DNA of 64,000 nt from an uncultured Terracidiphilus sp. (GTDB lineage: Bacteria > Acidobacteriota > Terriglobia > Terriglobales > Acidobacteriaceae): contig CAYVMS010000001.1 in the NCBI GenBank assembly GCA_964452615.1, positions 1,997 to 65,996 of the forward strand, in the 5' to 3' direction. The translations under genes were made by a program, and so were the position numbers. The notes beneath the pieces are model-generated. The model did not search any database and was not told the DNA's origin. It saw nothing but the letters and a program-made list of their open reading frames with translations. Every line of letters begins with the position of its first letter. Positions within the stretch are counted from its first letter, which is position 1. Below, piece after piece: positions 40,513 to 50,644 of this stretch.

Positions 40513-41223
40513 ATGGATGCACTTGAAAGGAACAGTCGACCTAAATATGTAAGTTTTTCTGGCATTGACGGTGCCGGGAAAAGCACTCAGATCGAGGCCC
40601 TTTGCGCGCGATTGCAAGACGAAGGGCTGCGTATCCTCTTGATTACGTTCTGGGATGACGTCGCTAAATTGACCAGAATTCGTGAAGGGTCTGGGCATCG
40701 CATTTTTAAAGGCGACAAAGGGGTTGGAACTCCTTTGTCGCCAATTAACCGACGAGATAAAAATGTCAGGTCATGGTTCATGACTGGCGTGCGGATGTTT
40801 TTGTACTTTATCGATGCTATTTCGGTCCGGAGCGTAGTGAGGAAAGCACTGTGCTCTGACGCCGACATAGTTATCTTTGACAGATATACCTATGACGAAC
40901 TGGCGAACCTGACATTGCGTAACCCAGCCATTCGAGTCTATGTCCGTCTGATTATGAAGTTCGTTCCGAGGCCTCATATCAGCTATTTACTGGACGCAGA
41001 TCCGATTCTAGCGCGCGCGCGAAAACCTGAATACCCGATTGAGTTTCTCAATTTTAATCGTCGCTCTTATCTGGCTTTGAATGAGTTAGTCGGCGGAATG
41101 ACTGTCATAGCGCCGATGTCAATTCAGGCTGCAGAGCAGGCGATCCTAAGGCACACCCGAATGGAGCTATCGTTAAATGCTTCTCCAATGAAAAAAGGAC
41201 AGCGCAATGGCGTTGTGAGATAA
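40513..41223 (+). CDS. Thymidylate-kinase-like P-loop kinase
   Basis: VSFSGIDGAGKST Walker A; IVIFDRYTYD; LDADP...ARARKPE. Confidence 0.82.
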   Translation: MDALERNSRPKYVSFSGIDGAGKSTQIEALCARLQDEGLRILLITFWDDVAKLTRIREGSGHRIFKGDKGVGTPLSPINRRDKNVRSWFMTGVRMFLYFIDAISVRSVVRKALCSDADIVIFDRYTYDELANLTLRNPAIRVYVRLIMKFVPRPHISYLLDADPILARARKPEYPIEFLNFNRRSYLALNELVGGMTVIAPMSIQAAEQAILRHTRMELSLNASPMKKGQRNGVVR

Positions 41224-41420
41224 GCAATAAGCCTGCGGGGATGGACTTGTCCGCTCACCGCTCAAGAGAGCCGGCTCAGCAAAATCGGACTATTTGCCAA
41301 ATCCTGCGTCTATCAGTACCCTTGAGTCGTCATACCCGATGCCAGGTTCCTCAACAAGCGACGACAGGAAAGGGCGTTGGATGCTCCATAAACATGCTCG
41401 AAGTTTCTTGGGAACTCCCG

Positions 41421-42593
41421 TCACTGCTTGGCTTCTTGCACAGTTTGCGTGTGCTGCGGCGCTCGCTGTTTAGCAAAATACCCCTTCCTCGTTCTTACGA
41501 TCAGCTTGCCATGGTTCGCAGCCCTCGCCTCGACGTGCACAACTCGGTAGCCCCCGAGGCTGGCCGGTTTGCTGGAATGATAGCCGATCGTGTATTGGTC
41601 TCGAATATCGTGTGCGACTTCCGCTGCGATGCCGTCGACATCTTGCAACGAACGCGGGAAGTAAGCAATGCCGCCAGTCTCCTGCGACATCATCTCCAAA
41701 GCTTGTCTTGCTCGCTGCGATTCTTCCTTGTCCGTATCGAAAAGAAGTCCGATGGAATAAACCACTGGTCCCCCCAGATCTTGCACCCGGCGAATGGCCT
41801 GTTCCAGGCCCAACCTAGACGCATTGTCCGCTCCATCCGTAATGACCAGTAGTACTTGCTTTGGGTGTTTCCCGTGTTTAGCCAATTCGTCTGCCGAGGC
41901 GGCAACCGCATCATACAACGCTGTAGTGCCCTTGGAGTCGAATCGAGAGAGTCCCCGATCCAGCGCGTCGATGTCTGAAGTGAATCCCTGATCGAGGATT
42001 GCTCGATCAGAAAAATTTACGATAAAGGTAGCATCGTGAGGGTTGGACGCTCGCAGCAGATTCAAGGCGGCCCCATTGACCGCCGCGCGCTTATCGCGCA
42101 TTGAGCCCGAATTGTCGACGAGAATTCCTAACGATACGGGCAGATCCTGATGCAAAAACGACTTTGTAGTTTGCGGAGCACCGTCTTCCCAGATGCGGAA
42201 GTCGCTTTGACTCAAGTCGGTAACTGATCGGCCTTTTTCGTCCACCACTGCGCAATTCAGCAGAACCTCATCTACATCCGTGTGCATGGTGTACATTCCG
42301 TCCTGTCGCTTCTGAACTTCACCAGGCTGGGCTGTTTGAGGCAATCCGTTACTTACAGGTGCATTGCTTTCAGCATCGGGTGATCCGACTGGATCGCGGT
42401 CAACATTCAGATTCGGCTTAATCTCAGCACGCGTTGAGTCCGGTAAGGCTGTGCGAGCTGCCGGCTGTGTTTCCATCGGCGGTGCGGGCGGAGACTGAGA
42501 GAACAATAGCGATCCGCTGGAGCCAAGCAATGCCGAGACCACCAGGATGGTGGAACGGAGAACGCGCGAAATTGAAGTAATCTTTGAGCGCAT
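41421..42593 (-). CDS. VWA domain protein (Acidobacterial VWFA-related type)
   Basis: MIDAS motif LVDNSGSM, TALYDAV, ITDGADNAS, ETGGIAYF, QYTIGY, RTRKGY; signal peptide. Confidence 0.88.
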   Translation of the reverse strand: MRSKITSISRVLRSTILVVSALLGSSGSLLFSQSPPAPPMETQPAARTALPDSTRAEIKPNLNVDRDPVGSPDAESNAPVSNGLPQTAQPGEVQKRQDGMYTMHTDVDEVLLNCAVVDEKGRSVTDLSQSDFRIWEDGAPQTTKSFLHQDLPVSLGILVDNSGSMRDKRAAVNGAALNLLRASNPHDATFIVNFSDRAILDQGFTSDIDALDRGLSRFDSKGTTALYDAVAASADELAKHGKHPKQVLLVITDGADNASRLGLEQAIRRVQDLGGPVVYSIGLLFDTDKEESQRARQALEMMSQETGGIAYFPRSLQDVDGIAAEVAHDIRDQYTIGYHSSKPASLGGYRVVHVEARAANHGKLIVRTRKGYFAKQRAPQHTQTVQEAKQ

Positions 42594-42708
42594 AACAGAG
42601 TGGTGAAAAACCAGCAATTTGAATTCACACTACTTCAATTGGATGCATGTGCGAGTTTGACTTGTGAAAATGAAAGGCGAACAGCTCCTGTCCTCATAGT
42701 CACCTCAA

Positions 42709-43704
42709 TCAATGCAAATGGAAGTCCACGTCGATCACAATCTGCACGGGTACTGGATGTCCCTGATACATGGCCGGCTTGAACCTATACTGCCTCACTG
42801 CCTCCACCGCCTTCTCGTCCAGTCCCATGCCAAGATGACGAGTCACACGGACGTCTTGCGGGTTGCCTTGTGAATCGACGATGAGCTTGATCGAAACGCT
42901 TCCCTGAAAATTCGCTTGGCGAGCGTCTTGTGTAAACTCCGGCTCAACGGAATGGATGACCTCCGGTGCTGCTACTCCCCCGCCCACACTCATCAGACCG
43001 CCGCCGTAGCCGCCACCGGTGCCCGGCCCCACTCCGCTGCCGTGGCCCATACCAAAGCCACCACCCTGACCCTGACCGAATCCTGAGCCGCCACCGCTTC
43101 CCTGCGAGACCAGAAGGATCTGTGGCGACTTCGACACGCCTAGATTGGGTAGATTGTTGTCATCTGGAATCCTCACCAGCTCTGACGGCTCAATCCCTAG
43201 CTTCGGCCGATTGATCCTGCTCAGTTGCAGAGGCGTGATAGGGATCGTCTTCGCGACAGCAGGCAGATGTCCTTTGCTGGCTTCCGCCACCTTATGCATT
43301 CCCCCGCCTCCCCCGCCCCCCATCGATTTTGCCACCGGTAACATCATGGGAGGGGTGTATGGTTTGAGGTCCACCGGCGTTATAACCATTCCAGACGACA
43401 TTGTGATCATCGTATGAGCTCTTAGAGCCAATGACAGCAAAAGAGTGATCGCGACAACGTGAATCGCGAATGAGATAACTCTTGATGATTGGTCGCTCTT
43501 AAATGTCAGCGAATCAACAGCGAATATCGGCCGCGAAGCCCACTCCTCCGACGGCAGGGTCTTCGTGGAAGGTACATCCGGTGGGTTCACAGCCATTGAT
43601 GGCCATGCCAGAGCAACCGCTCCCTTCAGAGTGCGTCTCGAACTCACTCCAGATTGCCCTTTGTGTGAAATCGGTATGGGAGTCGTCGATGCAAGATCGC
43701 TCAT
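42709..43704 (-). CDS. tonB: Energy transducer TonB
   Basis: TM with SFAIH; Gly-rich linker; C-terminal PEFTQDAR..GSVSIKLIVD..GLDEKAVEAVRQYRFKPA. Confidence 0.85.
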   Translation of the reverse strand: MSDLASTTPIPISHKGQSGVSSRRTLKGAVALAWPSMAVNPPDVPSTKTLPSEEWASRPIFAVDSLTFKSDQSSRVISFAIHVVAITLLLSLALRAHTMITMSSGMVITPVDLKPYTPPMMLPVAKSMGGGGGGGMHKVAEASKGHLPAVAKTIPITPLQLSRINRPKLGIEPSELVRIPDDNNLPNLGVSKSPQILLVSQGSGGGSGFGQGQGGGFGMGHGSGVGPGTGGGYGGGLMSVGGGVAAPEVIHSVEPEFTQDARQANFQGSVSIKLIVDSQGNPQDVRVTRHLGMGLDEKAVEAVRQYRFKPAMYQGHPVPVQIVIDVDFHLH

Positions 43705-43821
43705 AGCATTTTGCCGAGCCTACCGGCACCTCCATTGTTGGTTGACTTCGCATTTGCGTGCTTACGAAAGCCACTGTGCTGCCGGCTCTCAGTTCAGACC
43801 TTCTCAGCGGACCATTCCTGA

Positions 43822-44937
43822 TTACCAAATACCCTTGTCGCTTCCCGTAATCCTCTGCCCGACGACAGCCGCTGTTGCAAGCCACGGCAACAAGCTGAGC
43901 CGTGCACTGTTCTGAAGTTCCCGCTTTCGCAGGAGGTCAGATAGTTGTGAGACATAGAGCTTGGCGGATTGCGGCATGATCGGTACGCGTAGAAAACCAT
44001 TTCCGTAGTAGACTTCATCACCGCTAAATCGAGCCGCAGCCATCACAAATTGCGGCAGGTCAAGGCCTGAACCTCGGTACTTTGCCACGTAGTCCGAGAC
44101 AATCGCGAGATAAGTCGCGACTCCTTCCCAAATGCCGGCGTTGCTCGCTGAATAACGCAGATCCTCATAATCAATGCAACCTGTCTCCACGAGCGCGGCA
44201 CTATCAACAACGTCGCACAGCCGAAAATAGAAATGACGATACATTCGCTGCAGAGTAGAAATCATCAGACGATCCGATGCTGATGGAACCCGAAACTTAT
44301 ATTCGCCAATCAAAGTGAGTCGGCTGCGCTTTGCCAGACGCGAGGCAAATGCAACCTGTTCGCCCGTCTGCCCCAGGCGGCCCATGTGAATCTCGACAGC
44401 CTCGGGTAGTCCAGGTATAAGGAAATTCCATTTTCCCGCCAGGCGGTCTCCCCAGCTTCGTGGGGCAAGTTGTGCGTCGAAGTGCGCGCGCATTAGTTTG
44501 ACCACATCTTCCGAATTCGCATCCGTGTACAGATCGAGATCGCTGCCAAGATCGGGCCAGTGATCCAGCGATTTAATCACCATAAGGTCATGCCTGTTGT
44601 CCGCAAACGTGTCACATATATCGGCCAGGAACTTCAGTGCTGTCCTGATGCGCCCGCGCTCGGCCGCAATGGCGCTCTGAGCCCATCCAGCGCGAACGCT
44701 ATCCTTCGCTTCGCGCACTATGGCAGAGAACACCCCTAACTCACGCACAACCACATGGTTGGAGTTGGCTAGTGCAAGCAAATCGTCAAATTCGTCTCGG
44801 CTGAAGTTTCTAACCTCCGACATTAACTCTTCTCTCTTCGACGTAGATGAGTTATTGCCATCGAGCGGCGGCAGAAGGAGGCGCGATAGAATGATCATCG
44901 ATTTGTGAGACTGCGACTCTGAGGCCGGATTCGTCAT
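43822..44937 (-). CDS. Pol-beta-superfamily nucleotidyltransferase (NTP_transf_5-like)
   Basis: VIKSLDHWPDLGSDLDLY (DxD), VEIHMG and RLCDVVD motifs; AAGGA RBS before ATG 44937. Confidence 0.75.
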   Translation of the reverse strand: MTNPASESQSHKSMIILSRLLLPPLDGNNSSTSKREELMSEVRNFSRDEFDDLLALANSNHVVVRELGVFSAIVREAKDSVRAGWAQSAIAAERGRIRTALKFLADICDTFADNRHDLMVIKSLDHWPDLGSDLDLYTDANSEDVVKLMRAHFDAQLAPRSWGDRLAGKWNFLIPGLPEAVEIHMGRLGQTGEQVAFASRLAKRSRLTLIGEYKFRVPSASDRLMISTLQRMYRHFYFRLCDVVDSAALVETGCIDYEDLRYSASNAGIWEGVATYLAIVSDYVAKYRGSGLDLPQFVMAAARFSGDEVYYGNGFLRVPIMPQSAKLYVSQLSDLLRKRELQNSARLSLLPWLATAAVVGQRITGSDKGIW

Positions 44938-44959
44938 ATTTGAGTTTTCCTTTTTGCGA

Positions 44960-46150
44960 TTAGTGAGCATTCCGTGGCATGGAAGATGGAGATGCCGTCG
45001 ACGAGTCATCCGAGGACGAATGCTGTGCCTGCGGTACACTGGAGTCCCCCGCCGGCGCGCTCTCTCGAGGTGTCAGTTCGATCGGACCAGTTTGCCGGCG
45101 ACGATCCTGGCTGTATTTGTCAAGCTCGCCATCGACCTTCCGGTTGCTCTCTGTGGCGACCGCAGAGAGTGTCCTTCCCTCGGCTGAACGGGCGGTCGCC
45201 AATCCGACGCGGCTGTTCGAGTCGCCGGCTTTTCGAGCTTTGTTGTAATAAAACTGTGCCGTCTCCAGATCACCATCTTTTTCCGCAACAAATCCACGGT
45301 TATTGAGTGAAAACGAGCTTTCTGGATCGAGCGAGTAAGCATCGAGAAAGTCTTGTCTTGCCGTAAGCCAATCGTTTTGGTTTATTGCGGAGACCCCTCG
45401 GACCGCAATCATGGCGGCACTAGCCTCTGCTGGGTCCATTTTCTTGATCCGCTGCTCCAATAGCTTGGCACTTTCCGCAGCCATGTCGCTGACGGGTCTT
45501 CCTCTCCACGAACGGTTAAGCGTTACAACGACCGCTTCCGAAGAGCGCAACTCAGCAGCCGCGTGGTATTCCTTCAACGCATTGCTGTAGTCTCCGATAG
45601 CTTCATAGGCAACGCCCAAATTGTTCGTTGTGAAGGGATTGCGTGGGTCCACGGAGAGGGCTTTCTTCAGAAGACCAACCGCTTCAAATGCCCTACCGTC
45701 TGAGAGAAGAGCCATAGCGTCTACATTCATGCGGTTCACCTGCATGGGGATGTCTTGAAGGCTCTCGAAGGCGTAGTTCATTGGCTTGCCTTCCAAATGC
45801 TTCGCATTGCTCCGGTCGATGTCTGCATTGCAACCTTGTTCCGACGCCAGAGCATAAAACTTGCGGGCCCGATCCAATTCTCCCTGGACCTCGAAGATGT
45901 ATCCCAAGTTATTCAAGGTGAAAGGGTCCGCAGGATCGTAAAGATAAGCTTTGTAAAAAAGAGCCTCCGCCTTTTCGTACTGGTGCCTCTTTACAGCATC
46001 GACACCTTCACGATTCAAACGCTGCACAGGGGTTAGCTCACTGCGCCTGGGGATGGTGATTGCCAGACCATCTCTGGCCCAGGCACCGAGAGATCCTGAG
46101 CATGCGACGAGCAAGATGAAAACAACGAAATTTAGTGGCGTCTTGACCAT
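44960..46150 (-). CDS. Secreted TPR protein
   Basis: Signal peptide; repeated TPR consensus (DPADPFTLNNLG, DPRNPFTTNNLG, DPESSFSLNNRG). Confidence 0.85.
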   Translation of the reverse strand: MVKTPLNFVVFILLVACSGSLGAWARDGLAITIPRRSELTPVQRLNREGVDAVKRHQYEKAEALFYKAYLYDPADPFTLNNLGYIFEVQGELDRARKFYALASEQGCNADIDRSNAKHLEGKPMNYAFESLQDIPMQVNRMNVDAMALLSDGRAFEAVGLLKKALSVDPRNPFTTNNLGVAYEAIGDYSNALKEYHAAAELRSSEAVVVTLNRSWRGRPVSDMAAESAKLLEQRIKKMDPAEASAAMIAVRGVSAINQNDWLTARQDFLDAYSLDPESSFSLNNRGFVAEKDGDLETAQFYYNKARKAGDSNSRVGLATARSAEGRTLSAVATESNRKVDGELDKYSQDRRRQTGPIELTPRESAPAGDSSVPQAQHSSSDDSSTASPSSMPRNAH

Positions 46151-46355
46151 TGTGCTCTTTTGAACTTTCAATGCGACCGATGAAGGGTAGCATCGGTAAT
46201 GGGCGCTCATTTTGATCTGCAGCGCCGATTGCGTTGCCAGTATGCGCGGCAGTCTACTCTTTTGAAAGCTCTCGCAGGATATTCAGACTCGCCGGATACC
46301 GTTAAACCGGTTGTATAGCAAAGTAGCATTAAGTAATTGGTGAGGGATGTGCTGA

Positions 46356-47228
46356 ATGGAACAGATCATCGCAGCTATGATTCTTGTGGGAACGGCGACT
46401 GCCCAAATGTCGGGCGCGGGTGCAATGTCAGGACATATTGCGGTGCCGCAGTCCACATTGATGTCTGAGACTACCCCGCTTGATTCGACGGGATTGCCGC
46501 CCGCGCCCAAGGGGAAGAGCACTATCATGGGCGGCGAAATTCAAGATGTGGATGCCGTTCGCGATCGGCTTACACTGAGAGTCTTCGGCCAGAGGCCGGT
46601 GAAAATACTGTTCGATGAACGCACACGTGTCTATCTTGATGGGAAGATGATCCCTCTGCGCGATCTGCATTCCCGTGACCGCGCGTCGGTACAGACAGTG
46701 TTGGATGGGACAGACGTGTTTGCTCTCAGCATCCACATCTTGTCGCGATCACTCGAAGGTGAGTACCAGGGTAACGTACTTAACTACAACCCGGAGACGA
46801 GTGAGTTGACCGTAAGTGTCGGCTTATCTCATGAACCCCTCAAGTTACTCGTTCAAAAGGACACGCGCGTCGTTTGCGAAGGGCAGGCCGCTTCTTCCTC
46901 AGCTCCTTCCCGGCCGTCAGATCTTGTTAAGGGAACTCTGATTTCGGTGAAGTTTGAATCCGATAAAAAGGGTCGAGGCATCGTAAACCAGATCACGATC
47001 CTTGCCACCCCGGGTTCATCCTTTGTGTTTAGAGGGAGTCTTTCCTCCCTCGACCTGCACTCCGGATTATTGGTATTGGTCGATCCGCTCGATGAGAAGA
47101 GCTACGAAATCTTCGTTGATTTCGCTCGATTTCCTGCAAGCCAGAATCTTCACGATGGAGACTTCGTCCGAGTGACAGCGACTTTCGACGGTACACGCTA
47201 TTTGGCCAGCGCAATTGATGCTAACTAA
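46356..47228 (+). CDS. Secreted protein with repeated OB-fold-like (DUF5666-like) units
   Basis: Signal peptide; three repeats of the G.I..VD...T.V.....DL..G..V.V pattern. Confidence 0.65.
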   Translation: MEQIIAAMILVGTATAQMSGAGAMSGHIAVPQSTLMSETTPLDSTGLPPAPKGKSTIMGGEIQDVDAVRDRLTLRVFGQRPVKILFDERTRVYLDGKMIPLRDLHSRDRASVQTVLDGTDVFALSIHILSRSLEGEYQGNVLNYNPETSELTVSVGLSHEPLKLLVQKDTRVVCEGQAASSSAPSRPSDLVKGTLISVKFESDKKGRGIVNQITILATPGSSFVFRGSLSSLDLHSGLLVLVDPLDEKSYEIFVDFARFPASQNLHDGDFVRVTATFDGTRYLASAIDAN

Positions 47229-47399
47229 GGTCTTATAGCTGAGCCATCCAGGTCGGACTGCCTAGTAACTGCTTCTCGCGCGCCTGCCGGGATCCCAGGT
47301 TTTCTTGCCGTCTGATTAGCGCTATCCGGCTCAGATCTTTCATCGTTTTGCAGGAGGCCAGACATATTCAGCGCACGGCCAGTTTTCGCACTGCCAAGG

Positions 47400-47828
47400 C
47401 CCATTTGAGCGGCGCAAATTTTTCAACTGCATCAGGCCGAATTGCTGCACCATCGCATCCTCGACGGTGCGGCTCTTCAACATCCCAACGAACATATCGT
47501 TTGGATTCTTGAGGCCGAGAGCACCACCGGCCAGTGCGGCCATGCCACCGCCGCTTCCCATGCCTCCAATGCCGCTCAGTTAGGAGGCTAGCGTCGCGCC
47601 GATAGAAGAGTTCTGCTGCGGCGGCAGCAGGGTGACTGACGCCGTATAGCGCGTTGGCAAGAGAGACGAGGCAATGGCCGCGAGGACGGCGAAGATGCCA
47701 GTGACCCAAAAGATGAGGCGTTTCCGTTCGGCAAGGACGATCAGAACATCGAGCAGGGAGATTTCGTCCTTCTCCTTCGCGCCGTGCATAGCTGCTTCCC
47801 CCTCCGGCGGATGGATCAGTGTGCTCAT
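47400..47828 (-). pseudogene. Truncated Wzz/Wzc (polysaccharide co-polymerase) with an in-frame stop
   Basis: EISLLDVLIVLAERK..PTRYTASVTLLPPQQ; TAA at 47580-47582; resumes ..LKNPNDMFVGMLKSRTVEDAMV; similarity ends near 47425. Confidence 0.8.
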
Positions 47829-47926
47829 TCAGTTCGGAGATCAGAGTTCCTTTCGCATCTGTACCTGTCTTATTGGGAACTGTTGCCCATCTGCCTGCAT
47901 CGAACTGGGGACTTCGCCAAGTCTTG

Positions 47927-50644
47927 CTATTTTAGTATGTTGATCGCAGCTGCACCCAGAGCGAATTGCGAGAAGATCTGCGACCAGTCGATCACGCCGC
48001 GCATGATGCCAGGCCTGAAAGTCCTCTCCGGCACCATAATTGAATCGCCCGGATAGATTCGCAGGTTATTGAACTCACTTCCCCATAATCCCTTTTCCTT
48101 TTCGTGGCTCACTACCTCGCCGTCGGCGCGGATAACAAAAGCATGCTTCTGATCAGCATCCCTGTTGGGTCCACCGGCCAGTTCCAGGTACGTTGCAACC
48201 CGCCCTCCCCGGCCGAACAGGAAGGAATTCTGGTCGTAGACAGCGCCAACCACATTGACAGTAGCCGGAAGGGGAGGAACGACAAAGCGGTCCCCATCTT
48301 CCAGGCTGACCGGAGGAATATTGTTCACTCCAGCGCCATCGGGCGGAAATCTCAGCACGACGCGTCCTGTGGCTCGAATTTGCTTCAGGCTGGCAAGCAG
48401 ATCCCGCTCGCTGCCTTGAGCATAAGCATTGCTGGCCAAATCCTGTGCTGAACTCGTGGCCGAGGACGCCAAGGCCAGGTTAGATCGCTGGATTCCCATG
48501 CTCAGATTCTGCACGTATTCATCGATCCTGGCCTGCTGAATTACACGGGTCGACTCGCGAGTAAACTCTGAGCCGTATAGGTATGCATCCGGTGTAAGTC
48601 CTCCGGCGCGTTCCACCAGACTCCGCAGCGTTTCTCCGGGCTGGACCGTGTATACGCCTGCGTGAGCAAATTCCCCGTCCAGCGTCACCGACTTCGTCTG
48701 GTGCGCGAGCGGCACGCGAATATCGGCCTCTGAAAAAATGGAGACCACATCGCCCGACTGAAGCTCGAGATCCTGCGAAGCGTCATGCCGCTGCACAACA
48801 CTACCCAAATCAAATGGAAGGAGGACAGTCTTCAGGGTCTCACGGTCGAGCCGCTCGATGACGGCGTAATCCCAATCGATCTCAGGTGCCAACGCCTTCA
48901 CTTCAGTTCGCTCCGTCCGAGGCAAAGGTTTGGCGGACGAGCTTTGCGCAGCCGCCAACGAGGTTCCGGCAGCCCTCTGCTGCGCGGAAAGCGCAATGGT
49001 CTGCTGGTTCTCGGGCTGTCCCTGTGGGGTGCCCGATTGCGTCTGCTGTTGCGATCCAGACTGCCCCTCCTGGCTGTCAGGCTGCTCCTGCTGGTTGCCA
49101 GGCTGGTTCGAGCCGGTCATCCCTTCTGGAGCGGTAACTTTGATTGCAAAAGCATGGTTATCCGTCGGTTGTTTTAGCTTGTCCAGACCCGGTATCGGCT
49201 CAAACTCCGGAGCAGGCATTCCCAACTGCGCCCGTTTCCACCAGTAATTCCGTGTAATTAACGATTCCTTGTCGGGAATCAGATCGCTCACGTGCATACC
49301 AGGGTGCCATGCGAAGCGGCCAGGATTCGCCGTATTCCCCCGGAGAATGACTGTTTTTTGGTACATAGGCACGATCGAGTGAACACGAACGAGATCCCCG
49401 TCGGCGAGAGGAGTGGCCAGCCCGTTTGCATCGTACGCAACCTCCATGGCCTGCCGGTTGCGATGCTCCTCAACGCGCTCAATCGAAATGCGCGCCTCTG
49501 CGGCTATGGAGGTTACTCCTCCGGCGTTGGCAAGAAGATCCGCCAGTGTCTCATCGGCGCGCAGTTCGTAAATTGCCGGATTCCGCACACTGCCGGTCAC
49601 GGCGACCTCGGTTCCAGCCGGAGGAATGAAAATCACATCTCCTGACTGGAGTGGCACATCCTTCGACCGGTCACCATTCACCAACAGGCGATAAAGGTCG
49701 AAGTCGCCAATCAACGCATCGCCGCGGCGCAGTTGAATATGCCGCATCGAGCCCTGTACCGAAGGCCCTCCACTGGCAAAAAGCGCGTCAGCCAACGTAC
49801 TCAACGAACTCACAGTAAAGACTCCCGGACGCCGCGCCTGTCCGGTAATGTACACCTGTATTGCGCGGATCTGGCCCACATCGACAGTCAGATCGAAGTT
49901 ATGAAAAACCCTGCCAATTGCATCACGTAAGTGACTGCTAAGCTGTGAAAATGGCAACCCTGCCACATGCACCGGACCGACCTGTGGAAGAAATATCTCC
50001 CCTGAACGATCCACTCGCACATTGACTTGGAAGCTCACCTGCCCCCATACGCGAACGCGCAACTCATCGCTGGGTCCGACGATGTAATCGAGTGGAACCG
50101 GGGACATGTCGAGCGGCGAAAATGTCGATGGCACCTTGTTGAACAGGCTCACACCGTATATAGGCAGTATCTGGCCGGTCATTGATGCGACAAACTTCTG
50201 AAATTCCGTTAACGGCTCTGGCACGGGCTTTTCGGGCGACTTTTGACTCCACGTGCTATAGAGCGGAGATAATCGCTCGGTATCTGAATAATTAAAATTC
50301 GGGGTCCTTCCAAGCCTCGGGTCATCCCCCAGCGATGAAGAGCGCGATTGCGAAGTTGGCAACTGGTCGCTTCCGCCTGAACCCTGATTGGTGCAGTCGG
50401 ACGAAGCTGCCAACAGAGGATCGGAGCAATTCGCCGTGTTTGGACTCTGCGTTTCCCCGGAATTGGTACCCTGGGAAGACTGTTGTGCGTACGACAGGGC
50501 TGCCAGAGAAAACACCAGGAGAAGTATCCATATCTGCCCGATGTTGCGAGCCCTCAATGTAGTTCGATCAAAGGCAGAACGGGTATCGTCACTTCCATTA
50601 CCCTTTCTGCTCAAAAGTGAAGTCATATGCAAAAAGTCTAGCAC
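47927..50644 (-). CDS. Polysaccharide export protein with multiple SLBB domains (Wza/KpsD-like)
   Basis: DYIVGPSDELRVRVWG..VDRSGEIFLPQVG export motif; repeated G.V..PG.Y..L..AGG SLBB units. Confidence 0.88.
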   Translation of the reverse strand: MLDFLHMTSLLSRKGNGSDDTRSAFDRTTLRARNIGQIWILLLVFSLAALSYAQQSSQGTNSGETQSPNTANCSDPLLAASSDCTNQGSGGSDQLPTSQSRSSSLGDDPRLGRTPNFNYSDTERLSPLYSTWSQKSPEKPVPEPLTEFQKFVASMTGQILPIYGVSLFNKVPSTFSPLDMSPVPLDYIVGPSDELRVRVWGQVSFQVNVRVDRSGEIFLPQVGPVHVAGLPFSQLSSHLRDAIGRVFHNFDLTVDVGQIRAIQVYITGQARRPGVFTVSSLSTLADALFASGGPSVQGSMRHIQLRRGDALIGDFDLYRLLVNGDRSKDVPLQSGDVIFIPPAGTEVAVTGSVRNPAIYELRADETLADLLANAGGVTSIAAEARISIERVEEHRNRQAMEVAYDANGLATPLADGDLVRVHSIVPMYQKTVILRGNTANPGRFAWHPGMHVSDLIPDKESLITRNYWWKRAQLGMPAPEFEPIPGLDKLKQPTDNHAFAIKVTAPEGMTGSNQPGNQQEQPDSQEGQSGSQQQTQSGTPQGQPENQQTIALSAQQRAAGTSLAAAQSSSAKPLPRTERTEVKALAPEIDWDYAVIERLDRETLKTVLLPFDLGSVVQRHDASQDLELQSGDVVSIFSEADIRVPLAHQTKSVTLDGEFAHAGVYTVQPGETLRSLVERAGGLTPDAYLYGSEFTRESTRVIQQARIDEYVQNLSMGIQRSNLALASSATSSAQDLASNAYAQGSERDLLASLKQIRATGRVVLRFPPDGAGVNNIPPVSLEDGDRFVVPPLPATVNVVGAVYDQNSFLFGRGGRVATYLELAGGPNRDADQKHAFVIRADGEVVSHEKEKGLWGSEFNNLRIYPGDSIMVPERTFRPGIMRGVIDWSQIFSQFALGAAAINILK

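Noticed and set aside
41241-41852. Long alternative-frame ORFs (e.g. 41241-41852, 50388-51050, 24718-25392, 3036-3785)
   Set aside because: They overlap well-supported genes on the opposite strand and lack motifs; treated as shadow ORFs of GC-rich DNA.
40513-44937. Kinase and nucleotidyltransferase as tailoring enzymes of the RiPP (as in paeninodin-type lasso clusters)
   Set aside because: They lie 16-20 kb away inside the glycan locus, the kinase is TMK-like rather than HPr-kinase-like, and no lasso cyclase or peptidase is present.
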